NCBI RefSeq assembly: GCF_020740795.1
Contig: NC_067310.1
Location: forward strand, 429,940-493,939
Direction of reading: 5' to 3'
DNA from: Apus apus
Taxonomy: Eukaryota
Length of the DNA stretch: 64,000 bases
Shown: piece after piece, positions 11,700 through 22,450 of the stretch
Numbering within the stretch: position 1 is the first letter of the stretch
Layout of the letters: each line of letters begins with the position of its first letter
Translations under genes and position numbers: made by a program
Notes under the pieces: model-generated
Databases searched by the model: none
The model's input: only the letters and a program-made list of their open reading frames with translations
Told to the model about the DNA's origin: nothing

Positions 11700-11757
11700 T
11701 GCCCTATTCACAGAAACATTCAAGGTCAGGTTGGACAGGGGGCTCGGAGCAACCTGG
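11700..11757 (+). mobile_element. CR1 3'-end fragment
   Basis: The segment ggtcaggttggacagggggctcggagcaacctggt is characteristic of the CR1 3' terminal region. Confidence 0.6.
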
Positions 11758-11900
11758 TGTCGCGAGCCGGTATCGGGGGCTCCCGGCTGCCCCCCCAATG
11801 TGGAGGGGTTTGTGAATGAGCCCGAGGGTCACACGTGGTGCTGCCTCTCACAGAGGAACAGCCGCTGTGGGACCGTGTTTTAGAGTGGAAGTTAGAAAGC
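11758..11900 (-). repeat. About 140-bp fragment of the ERV-L-like LTR (U5 end)
   Basis: The segment tgtcgcgagccggtatcgggggctcccggctg...gtttgtgaatgagcccgagggtcaca aligns to the first roughly 140 bp of the LTR copies at 2437, 42310(rc) and 59287. Confidence 0.7.
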
Positions 11901-13204
11901 ATTAGGTAATGCAAAAAGTGCTGTGCCCTTAAAGCGTTGTGTCTGTGAGAGGGTTGTGGATCAAAGGAAAGGGAGCGTGACCCCCCTGTCCAGCCAGTGT
12001 CACTGTCCAGAGCCACTTGGCACCATGAGCCCCAAGTTAGGGCGGTAACTAGCAGGGCAATGCAGAACTTGTTGCCCATCCTTCCTGTCTTGTACCACAT
12101 CTGCTGTTTTGGTTTTGTTTGTCCTTGAGCAGCAGGCCTGGTTTTGGTCCATTAGCTGGGTATAATCAGCAGATTTATGAGGGGAAGAAGAAGAACAGTG
12201 TCCCACACCTGGTCTTGTTGACGATGTCCTTGCCCATGGTCTAGCTGGACCTTCACAGTTCCTTCCAACCTGAAACACTCTGCGAGTCCATGATCAGAAG
12301 ACTGCAAAGTCAGGTTGGATGGGGCTTGAAGTTACCTGGTGTGGTTGAAGATGTTTCTGCTCATTGCGGGGGCTTGGACCAGATGGACCTGCAAAGATCC
12401 TCTCAACCCCCATGTGGCTCTCAGGGCAGGCTGGATGCAGCCTCAAGCCATCATGTCCTCAGGCAGATCTCTCCCATTGTGTCTTTGCAGGAAGCAACTG
12501 GTGATATCGCGGGATTCCTCTGCCAAAAAGCAGCTGGTGACCACCCAAGCCAAGGGCAAGCCTGCTTCCAAAGGCCGAGCATCGAAGCAGGTGGTGAAAT
12601 CTGAGAGCTACAGAGGAGGAGGAGGACGAGGAGAAGGAGGAAGAAAAGGAGGTGGAGGAGAAGGAGGACCAGAAGGACCAGGATCAGGAGGGCAAGGAGG
12701 AGGGGAAGGATGGGTGGAGAAAATCCTTGCTGAAATGGCAGTGCCGAAGACAACGAAGGCCCTGCCCAGCCATTCCCAGCCAGCCTTGACTTTCCAAACA
12801 CCGCTGATCGCTGTGTTTTCGGCTGAGAGCTCTGACATCTGGAGCCCACTGCAGTAGGCAACTCACCAGGTTCTCCCAGGCACTCCCAGGGCCACCAGTG
12901 AGATCAAGATGGCCAAAATAGTAACATTGAGGCCTGAAGAATTCTGGTCAGTGGTGGAATAACCTCATGTTGTGGTTTAAGTGGCCCCTGTAGGTTGTTG
13001 ACACCTATCTGAGGAACTAGAGAGAGGGTCTTTAGGCCTCCGAAGGAGCTGAGAGGGGTCAGGATTCCCTCTGGCTTGCTGCTGTCCTCTATACAAGCCA
13101 AGAGAACTGGGAGCTCAGCCCCTTTTTCTTCCTGCACCTTCTTCCTTGCAGCTGCTGCTGCTCAGAGGTTCTTCAACTCACCAGGTGCTCTCCAGAATCC
13201 AACT

Positions 13205-13505
13205 CCATCAGGTGCATTGAGGAGCTGTGGACCCCTCTCCTGAGGCAGCCTTGCTCCAAGGGTCCCTCACCCACCTACTCCTGCCATCCTTGAGATGGGT
13301 TTTTTATCTGTCTGTGTGTCAGTTTATAGAACTGTTCTCCCCGACACCTGTTACTCCCTTTTCCGTGTTAGAGTAAATTTGTTCCAGATCCCATCTCCAG
13401 CCCTTCAGTCTCTCTTCCTTGTTCCCCTTCTGTCTTCCCTTGGGAGGGTGGAGGGGGGTAATAAGGAGCAATTCTGCCTTCTGGTTTGTACTTTGCCCTG
13501 ACCAC
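13205..13505 (+). repeat. Unclassified interspersed repeat (LTR-like); the second copy is at 55492-55765
   Basis: The two segments are about 80% identical (ggacccctctcctgaggcagccttgc...cagtctctcttcctt...ccctgaccac). Confidence 0.6.
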
Positions 13506-13539
13506 GAAACCAGGACACCTCAGAAGATGACAGACATGG

Positions 13540-14350
13540 GGGTCTGGGACAATTCATAGAATGCCAGGTTGGAAGAGACCTCAAGGATCATCTGGTCCAG
13601 CCTTTCTAGGTACTACTCTAGATTCTATCAGATGGCTCAGCACCTGGTCAAGCTTAGACTTAGAACTATCCAATGTGGGGGAATCCACCACTTCCCCTGG
13701 GAGACTATTCTAATGTCTGACCGTCCTCATGGTGAAAAATTTACCTCTTGTGTCCAGTCAGAATCTCCCCAGGAGCAACTTGTGCCCATCACCCCTTAAC
13801 TTTTCCATGTGACTCCTCCTTGTAAACAGGGACTCTCCAACTTCTTGGGAGTCACCCTTGAAACACTGGAACATGGTGAAAAGGTCTCTCCTGAGCCTTC
13901 TTTTCTCCAGGCTGAACAAACCCAGTCTGCTCAGCCTCCCCTCATATGGCAGGTCCTCCAGTCCTCTGATCATCCTTGAGGTTTTTGTAGAGCAGGGCCC
14001 AAAGCTGAATACAGTACTGCAGGTGTGGTCTGACAAGCGCCGAATAGAACGGGATGATGACTTCTTGATCTCTGCTGGTGATGCCCTTGCTGTTGCAGGC
14101 CAACATCCTCTTGGTTTCTTTGCCCTTCAGTGCACTGTGCACTCATGTTGAGCCTGTTGTCCACCAAGACCCCCAGGTCCCTTTCCACAGGGCTGCTCTC
14201 CAGCCAGCTGGGTCCCAGTCTGAACTGTGCTCCTGAGTGATGTGCTCCCAGACCTTACACTTCTCCCCATTGAACTTCATAAGGTTCCTGCTAGCCCACT
14301 CCTCCAACCTCTCTAGGTCATCCTGAAGGGTGGCTCTCCCTTCTGGGCCA
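13540..14350 (-). mobile_element. CR1 LINE fragment (ORF2 C-terminal region, antisense to the plus strand)
   Basis: The minus-strand translation FSLEKRRLRRDLFTMFQCFKGD... is typical of the CR1 ORF2 C-terminus. Confidence 0.75.
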
Positions 14351-14439
14351 CCACCATCTGGCAGCCACCATCTGAGAGCTGCCACCAGATGCCACCACCA
14401 TCTGGCTGCCACCAATTGGGTGCCGGACACATCAACACC

Positions 14440-14650
14440 ACCGAGCCTCTCAGCACAAGGGAAAACGTCTGGATTGTGAGGGTGACAGAGCACTGGGACA
14501 GGCTGTCCAGAGAGGCTGTGGAGTCTCCTTCTCTGAAGACATTCCAAATCCCCCTGGATGCCGTCCTGTGTGACGTGCTCCAGGCAGTCCTGCTTTAGCA
14601 GGGGGTGAACTAGCTGATCTCTAGAGGTCCCTGCCAACCCAACGATGCTG
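14440..14650 (+). mobile_element. CR1 3' end
   Basis: The peptide RVTEHWDRLSREAVESPSLKTFQ..LD matches the CR1 ORF2 C-terminal consensus. Confidence 0.8.
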
Positions 14651-15384
14651 TGATTCCATGACTCCCTGAGGGGACACCTGGCTGCTGGTGGGGACACAGC
14701 ACTGGTCCAGCCCCCCTTGCACCCTGAGTTCCCCAAGGCCCTTGGCCGTGGTTGGGCACCTGAGCCTTGCTGCTGGTTTCCCAGCCCAGCCCTGCTTTTT
14801 TGTTCCCTGCCCCCCACCCTCTCAAAGATGCTTCTAACTCCTGTGATACTGAATTTGTCCACACAGGTGTCACGTGTTTAGCCAATTTACTCACATTCCC
14901 ATGAAATGGCTCTGATTTTCTTGTTTGTTTTCTGTTCAAATTACATGAAGTGTGAATCCTTCAGTTTTGCTGCCAAGCCCTGTGACACCCCAGAGCTTTC
15001 CAAAATCTGAAATAGTGAGAGACAGATTCAGCCATCGTCCTGCCACCAGTGCACTCGCCACAGGCCACCACCAGTGCTGCTGGTCAAAGGAGGTGGCCAA
15101 CCACACCTGCAGCAGGACCACGCAGAGAGGAGGTGGAAAGGGCCGCTTGGTAGAGGGCATGGAGAGCGCATGTCCTAACCCATCCCACCAGGAGCAGAGG
15201 GAGAGTCCTGCCACAAGCCCTGCAGCCAGACGCCAGCCTTGACAATGCCATCCTGTTGATGTGGCACCTGAAAACAGGGATCTGTGACCCCTCAGGGACT
15301 GATGGCAGTGTGCTCTGTTCCTCTGCCATCTGGCTTTCCCCAGACACTGTTTCCTGGGCAGATTGGGCATCGGCTCAGCTTCCC

Positions 15385-16000
15385 TGGGTCGGGATCATAG
15401 AATCATAGAATCTCAGAAAGGTTAGGGTAGGAAGGGACATTAAAGATCATCTAGATACAACCCCCTTTGTGGGCAGCGACACCTCCCACTAGATCATGTT
15501 GCTTAGAGCCCCATCCAACCTGGCCTTGAACACTGCCAGGGGCGGAGCTTCCACAGCCTCCCTGGGCAACCTGTTCCAGTGCCTCACCACTCTAACAGTA
15601 AAGAATTTACCACTAATATCCAATAAATCTCCCCTCGTCAAGTTTTTAACCATTGTCCCTTGTCCTCTCACTACATGCCAGTGCAAAGGGTCCTGCCCCA
15701 GCTTTCTTGTAGGCCCCTTCAGGTATTGGAAAGCCGCTGTAAGGTCACCTCAGAGCCTCTTCTTCTCCAGGCTGAACAACCCCACCTTCCTCAGCCTGTC
15801 TTTATAGGGCAGGTGCTCCAGTCCTCTGATCATTTTTGTCACCTTCCTCTGGACTCACTCAAGGCACTCTATGTCCTTCTTACATTGAGGGCTCCAGAAC
15901 TGGACATAGTATTCCAGGTGGGATCTCACAAGAGCAGAGTAGAGGGGGAGAATCGCCTCCCTCAACCAGCTGGCCAAACTTCTATTTGCTCTTTTCACTG
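15385..16000 (-). mobile_element. CR1 fragment
   Basis: It begins with catagaatcatagaatc, the reverse complement of the CR1 3' terminal octamer repeats. The minus-strand [31 protein letters not shown] is CR1-like. Confidence 0.8.
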
Positions 16001-16383
16001 ATGGCTCCTGTCATCTTGTAGGGAACCACCAAAAGTGGAAAGCTGCTGTGTTGGGTCCTACACAACTGGTTGCAGAGGCAGCTGAAGGAAAAGGTGAATT
16101 GAGTCAGTTTGCAGAGGTCAAAGCCATCCAGCTGGCTTTGGACACTGCTGAGTGAGAGGGGTGGCAAAGACTATTTCCAGCTGGACCAGCTTATGAGGAG
16201 GGCTCCTTGGATTTGGGCTGGGGTCTGAGACATGATAGGGGTTACAGGCACCCCATACTCACCCCTTGGGTGCCAGGAGTTGGCAGCAGGGATGGAGATT
16301 GAGCAGGGGACCCATGGGGTGGGTCCAAGGGCTGGGATCTGGACAGGGGGGGCACACTTGGGTGGAGGGGGGAGGAGGAGAGT

Positions 16384-17075
16384 GGGCATGTTGATGGGAG
16401 AGCATGGGGATATGGGGGGGTGCCCATGCATTATGGAAATAAACACGCACCTTGGTCAGCAGAGGGCTGAAAGGAGAGGGGACCATGTGATGGCCCTCAG
16501 CATGATCTGCTCCAGAACTTCCCCAGCACAGAGGTCAGGCCGATAGGCCTGCAAGTCCCTGGATCCTCCTTATGGCTCTTCTTGTAGCTGGGGTCACATT
16601 GACCAGTCTCCAGTCTACTGGCACCTCCCTAGTCAGCCAGAACTGCTGGAAAGTGATGGAAAGGAGCTTGGGGAGCACTTCTGCCAGCTCCCTCAGACCC
16701 CTCGGCTGGATCCCATCCGGCCCCATGGACCTGTGGACATCCAAGTGGTGCAGCAGGTCACTGCCTGTCCCCTCTTGGATGATGAGGTTTCAAACTGCTC
16801 TGTGTCCCTGTCTGCCAGTTCAGGGGCCTGTGCACCCAGCAAGGAACTGGTCCTACCGCTAAAGACTGAGGCAAAGGTGCTGTTGATACCTCAGCCTTCT
16901 CCTCACCCCTCATCACTGTGTTTCCTGCTGCATCTGAAAAAGGGTGGACATTCTTCCTAGTCCTCTTTTTGCTGCTCATGTATCTGTAGAAGCATTTCTT
17001 GTGATCGTGGACAGCTGCATGAAACAGAGCATTACCCAAACTCTGACTTCAAACAGTTCACTGCTTGTAGGGTGT
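16384..17075 (-). mobile_element. CR1 ORF2 fragment; 16384-16908 is the right arm of the inverted repeat pair
   Basis: The translation is the same as at 8497-9012. Towards the 5' end it continues as CR1 (KKCFYRYMSSKKRTRKN...), where it is more diverged from the 7000-7800 copy. Confidence 0.8.
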
Positions 17076-17899
17076 AAATCTCTCATCTGGGCCTACTGCT
17101 AGTGAGTGTGAAAGCCTTTTGTGTGAGCTGGTCTGGAGTTTTAGGGAAGAAATACAAGGGTCCTTGAAGAAGAAAGAAGCCGTTCAGCTGAGACTAGGGA
17201 TGCCTCCTGTAACCAGTTCTGCTGCAGAGTCAGCCGAGAGAAATGGGAGAAGAGACAGAACTCGGCCAAAGGTTCCTGTGAGGAAGACTCAAGGATGAAG
17301 TAAACAACCCCCTGGTCAGAGGGGTGTGCCCACACAATATGGAAAGAAACAGGCAAGGGAAAATGGGGAGGATGGGGACAGGAGGGGAACGGGGAGCTGG
17401 TATTTCTGCAAGGGGATACTGGGATGTCCAGGGGGAAGGATGGATCTCCAAGGGCTCCAGGACATGAGGGGAAGAGGGCCGGGGCCATGTCCAGGAGGGG
17501 ATGATGGGCAAACGAGCTGCTCATGGGAGATGGGGGTGAGGCTGGTTCAGCGGGGGGGGCAGAGGAGCAGGTCTGTGTGCCAGGGCAGTGCAAGGGACAT
17601 GGGTGCAACAAGAGCTGAACAGTGTCTGCAAGAGGGGACTGTGGATCCAGGACCTTCAGAAATCATACAGGGCCATCTCCAACTTCTCGGGGCCATCCAC
17701 AGCCTCTCTGGGCCATCCTCAGCCTCTCTGCACAAGCTGCTCCAGTATCTCACTATCCTTCCACACGAGCTGATGTCATGCTGGGCAATAATAAAGTGGG
17801 ATCAAAGAAGGGGTTGGGGAATGTGTCCCAAGGCAGGTGTCACTCTCCAACTGGCTGGGCAGCTGGGTGGGAGCTGTGATTCTCCCTCTGTGCTCAGCA

Positions 17900-18240
17900 C
17901 TGGTGAGCTTGCCTTGAGTCCTGGGTGCAATTCTGCACCCCTCACTTCAAGGAAGATCCTGAGGTGCTGGAGCAGGTCCAGAGGAGAGCAACAGGGCTGG
18001 TGAAGGGACAGGAAGGAAAGTCTTACAGACAGAGGCTGAGGGAGCTGGGCTTGTTTAGCCTGGAGGAGACTCAGGGGGGACCTTCTTACTCTACTACCTG
18101 AAGGGAGGTTGTGGTCAGGTGGGGTCTGGGCTCTTCTCCCAGGAAACCAGTGACAGGACTAGAGGGCCTGGCCTGAAGCTGCTCCAGGGGAGGTTTAGGT
18201 TGGACATTAGGAAGCACAGCCACTCAGACTCATTCATCTC
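17900..18240 (+). mobile_element. CR1 3' fragment
   Basis: The translation contains LEHCVQFW..VQRRATGLVKG...LFSLEETQ...[15 protein letters not shown]. Confidence 0.75.
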
Positions 18241-18399
18241 CCAGTGGCTCCCAATATCCCCCCAGTGCCCCTCAGTCATTCCAGTGCCTCCAGTTCCCTT
18301 GTACCCACCGCCCCAGCCCCTTCCAGTGCCTCCCAGAACTCTCCCAGTTTCTCCCCAGTGTTCCCAGTACCCCTCTGTGGAGCCCCTCGACCTGACAAA

Positions 18400-19010
18400 C
18401 CCCCAATTTGGGGAGGGGGGTGGGGCCTGGGGGGGGGCACCGCCCCTCCCCCATCACACCTTATGGGGCTTCCCCCAGATCCGCTCCCCTGGGGCCCAGA
18501 GGTGCAACACACAAACCCTCCCCCCCACCCCAACAGCCACTCATTTTTGGTTCCCCCAACTTTGCGCCACAATTTCAGTCCCCCCCTTTCAGTTCCTCCC
18601 TAATTAAGTTCCTCTCCATTAAGTGCCCCAACTTCGTCCCCTTCCCCCATTTGGTTCCCCCCGACTTGTGTCCCCCTCCTCCTTCAGTTCTTCCTCAATT
18701 CAGTTCCCCCCTCTTTCATTCTCCCCCTAATTTAATTCCCCAACATAGTTCTCCCCCTAATTTTGGTTCCTCCCCAATTTAATTCTCTGTAACTTTGGTT
18801 CCCTTCCCCTATAGTCCCTCCCATCCTTTGTTTCCCCCCTCCATTTAATTCCTCCCCCATTAGTTCCCTCCTCCACTTTGGTTTCCCCCTTCAGTTGCCC
18901 CCCCCCAACTTTGTTCCCTCCTCCTTTAATTCCCTCCCCAATTCAGCCCCCCCCACTTTGCTCCCCTCCCCTATCAGTCGTGTCCCCCCCCAGATTTCAC
19001 TCCCCGCCTC
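18400..19010. repeat. Degenerate pyrimidine-rich tandem array of roughly 20-bp units (...ttggttcccccc / ttcagttcc...)
   Basis: Reiterated related motifs are visible over about 600 bp, on the C/T-rich strand. Confidence 0.6.
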
Positions 19011-19019
19011 ACTTCCCCC

Positions 19020-19540
19020 ACAGAATCACAGAATGATGGAAGGGACCTCTAGAGATCGAGTCCAGCCCCACCGCCAGAGCAGGACCACCACAGAATCTAG
19101 GGCAGATCACACAGAAATGCATCCAGATGGGTCTTGAAAGTCTCCATAGAAGAAGACTCCACAACCTCTCTGGGCAGCTTGTCCCAGGGCTCCCTCACCC
19201 TAACAGGAAAGATATGTTTCCTCATGTCATCCAGAGGGACCTGGAGAGGCTGAAGAGGTGGGCCAGGGTTATAGACAAGGAAAAGAGAGACAATCATAAG
19301 ATCAGAGATGGATAAATGGGGCAGAGTAGAACATCTACATATGCAAGCAGCAAGAGTTGTACAGCACAACACTAGAAGTAACACACACGAAAACTGAAAT
19401 AGCCAGAAAAAAAGAAGATGCAGTGGAAGAAGCCACAGGCTGAGACTTGAGCTTTCCAAGTACCAAAGGGAAAGGATCTTGTACAGCTTTTGAGCACAGC
19501 TTTTTGCACCCTGGGGCAAGAACAGAAGCACCACAGCACT
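19020..19540 (-). mobile_element. CR1 fragment
   Basis: The minus-strand ORF IFPVRVREPWDKLPREVVESSSMETFKTHLD is CR1-like. The plus strand begins with cacagaatcacagaatgatgg. Confidence 0.75.
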
Positions 19541-20639
19541 TGAGACATGAGACCTGGCAGCTCCCTAACGGCCAAGGTAGGAAATTGGCAGGTTTAACCA
19601 TCCTAAAGCCAGAGGAGGTCTCTTGAAGAACACAAGAGTAACAAATATTAGAAAACATGCCAGAAAATCCTTAGCAAGTTCACAGAAATGGTGCTGATAC
19701 AAAACCAACCATCACTTCCTTCAATAATTCCCAAGAACAGCAGCAACAGAGCTGTCTGACCAACCCCAGGAAGGCAGCAATGAGGCTCAAGAGACACGAG
19801 CGTTACCAGAGATGAACATTCATCATGCACTCTGCCCTTACATGGAAGTTGGCAGTAGAATGCCCAGGTGTTTAAAGTGTGGAGATGACAATGTGGGGGC
19901 AGCAGCCTGTGGAGAGAAGCAAATGCACCTCAGAGGCACAGGGCAGAGCTGGGCTCTTCAATACCGAAGAAGATGCAGCAGCACAAAGCTGATCAATCAG
20001 CTCATCTCAAAGGCAGGTGAAACACAGATGGGCTCCTTGCATCTTTCAACACGGAGCAAGAAAGAACACCACAGCTCAGTAACACCACAGAGCAGAACTC
20101 ACTCATGGACAAGGCAGCCAGGAACTGAACAGGCTGTGGAGAATTAACACCTTCATCAGCACCAAACCCAGCCTTTTTTCCACTGGTCACCATCAGCCCA
20201 AGTGGGTGACTGTGGCAGCTGTGACAGCTGCTGCAGCACAGGAAACAGAATCTGAGTGTGTTCACCTGCCAGTCTGGCCACTTCTTTCAGGTCACACCCA
20301 AGGACTTAAAATTACAGCATCACAGGATCACAGAATGGTGGGGGTTGGAAGGGCCCTCTGGAGATAGAGTCCAAGCACCTGCTAGAGCAGGACCACCTAA
20401 AGAAGTCACACAGGAACATATCCAGAAGGGTCTTGGAAGTCTCCAGAGAAGGAGACTCTACAACCTCTCTGGGCAGCCTGTTCCAGGGCTCAGTCACCCT
20501 CACAATGCAGAAGTTCTTCCTCATGTTGAGGTGGAACTTCTGTGCTCCAGTTTTAATCCATTGTCCTTCATCCTATCACACAGCACGACTGAAAAAAGAC
20601 TGGCCCCTTCTTCTTGACACCCACCCTGCAGATACTTAG

Positions 20640-20930
20640 AGCTATTAAAAAGATCCCTTGTCAGTCTTGAGATGGGGACACAGGGACATGGGGGGGACAT
20701 GGGGACAATATGGGGGTGACATGGGGACAGAGGGGTGTGTGGGGGGGTCAGGGAGGCAAGGGATGGGGGGGGACGGGGGTGACATGGGGACAGGGGTGCT
20801 GTGTTGCATGTGTCCCCTTGTTTGTGGGAAGAGACACAGGGGACCCCCCATGACCCCATGTGTTTTAGGGGGGGACATGGGAGGACATGATGGGACATGG
20901 GGACAACATGGAGGGACATGAGGGGTAAGC
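20640..20930. repeat. GGGGACATGG-type tandem repeat
   Basis: Repeated ggggacatgg/gggggtgacatgggg units. Related arrays occur at 22650-22700 and 29050-29290. Confidence 0.7.
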
Positions 20931-21059
20931 CCCCTACTCGTGGAGCTGCAACTGGGGCCAAAGCTGCCCCAAACTGCCCAGAACTGCCCCAAACCGCCCT
21001 CCCCCCCCCCCATCCCTTCTGCAGCTCCCTCCAGAAGGGGACCCCTGTCCCCCCCCCAG

Positions 21060-21700
21060 CTCCCCCTGTCATAGAATCATAGAATCATTTAAGGTTGGAG
21101 GGGACCTCAGAGATCATCAAGTTCCAACCCCCCTGCCATGAGCAGGGAACCCTCCCACCAGACCAGGTTGCACAAAACCTTGTCCAATCTGGTCTTAAAA
21201 AAACCTCCAGGGATGGGGCATCAACAACCTCCCTGGGCAACCCATCCCAGTTCCTCACCACCCTTAAAGTGAAGAATTTCTTCCTAATATCTAATCTAAA
21301 TCTCCCCTCTCTCAGTTTAAAACCATCACCCCTTGTCCTGTCACTATCTTCTCTGATGAAAAGCCCCTCCCCAGCTTTCCTGGAGCGCCTTCAGGCACTG
21401 GAAGGTGCTTTAAGGTCTCCCTGGAGCCTTCTCTTCTCTAGGCTGAACAGCCCCAATTCTCTCAGCCTGTCTTCACATCAGAGCTGCTCCAGGCCTTTGA
21501 TCATCTTGGTGGCCCTTCTCTGGACCCTCTCCAACAGGTCTATATCTTTCTTGCGCTGAGGGCACCACAACTGTACACAGTGTTCCAGGTGGGGTCTCAC
21601 TAGAGCAGAGTTGAGGGGCAGAATCACCTCCCTGGCCCTGCTGGCCACACTTCTTTGGATGCAGCCCAGGTTGCAGTTTGCTCTCTTGGCTCCAGGACAC
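21060..21700 (-). mobile_element. CR1 fragment
   Basis: It starts with catagaatcatagaatc. The plus-frame translation is the typical CR1 antisense peptide ([26 protein letters not shown]...). Confidence 0.75.
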
Positions 21701-21749
21701 ACTGGGGGCTCATGTCCAGCTTCTCATCTCCTCCCACTCCCAAGTCCTT

Positions 21750-22450
21750 CTCCTCAGGGCTGCTCTCCAGCCATTCTCTTCCCAGCCTGTATTTGTGCCT
21801 GGGGTTGTGCCGACCCAGGGTTGTGCTGTCCTTGTCCTCCCCCGTCCCCCCCACTTTCCCCCCGTCCATGTCCCCCATCCCCCCTCTCCCCTCCTGCAGG
21901 TCGCTCCAGAAGGGGTCCCCGCGTTCCCCCTCTCCCCTCCCGCAGCCCCCCCGGTCGGCACCCGCGGCGCTCTCTGCGCCGCCTCCAGTAGCTCATCCAG
22001 CAGCTCGTGGCCGATGAGGTCAAGTCGCGAGAATCGGTCGCAGGGGCAGAGGCTGAGCTGGGGACAGGTGTCGGCCTGGGGGTCCCCGCAGTCGGGGAGC
22101 CGAGGTGGGGGGTCGCACCTTGGTCTGCACTTCCCGCTTGCGGGCAGGGAGGAGGAAGATCTTGACAGAAGGGGCCGGGGGGGCCCGTGTCCGGCCGGGG
22201 GGGGGGCAAGTCACGACCCCCAGAACTGGTCGCTGTTGGGGACCGTGGGCGCAGCGCAGGGACAGCGACAGGGACCGCAGGGGGAAGGAGGCGGGTGGTC
22301 CCGGCACCCCCCCGGTGCTGGCCCCCCCCCCCCCCCCCGCTGCCTGTACCCCCCCGTACAGCTCGGGCTGCAGTTGGCTCACGTTGGGGGGGCTCAGCTG
22401 CTCCACGCGATCCTCGGAGGGGCGAGGAGGTGCTGGGGGAAGAAATATAG
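21750..22450. promoter_or_regulatory. CpG island / GC-rich block with no assigned gene
   Basis: Very high G+C and CpG content, poly-C tract at 22326-22345. Overlapping 300-aa ORFs lie on both strands, which is typical of compositional artefacts. Confidence 0.4.

Noticed and set aside
17326-18003. 225-aa plus-strand ORF and 156-aa minus-strand ORF at 17.1-18.0 kb
   Set aside because: They lie in G-rich sequence adjoining a CR1 fragment and are low complexity (G/R/P). No homology was recognised.
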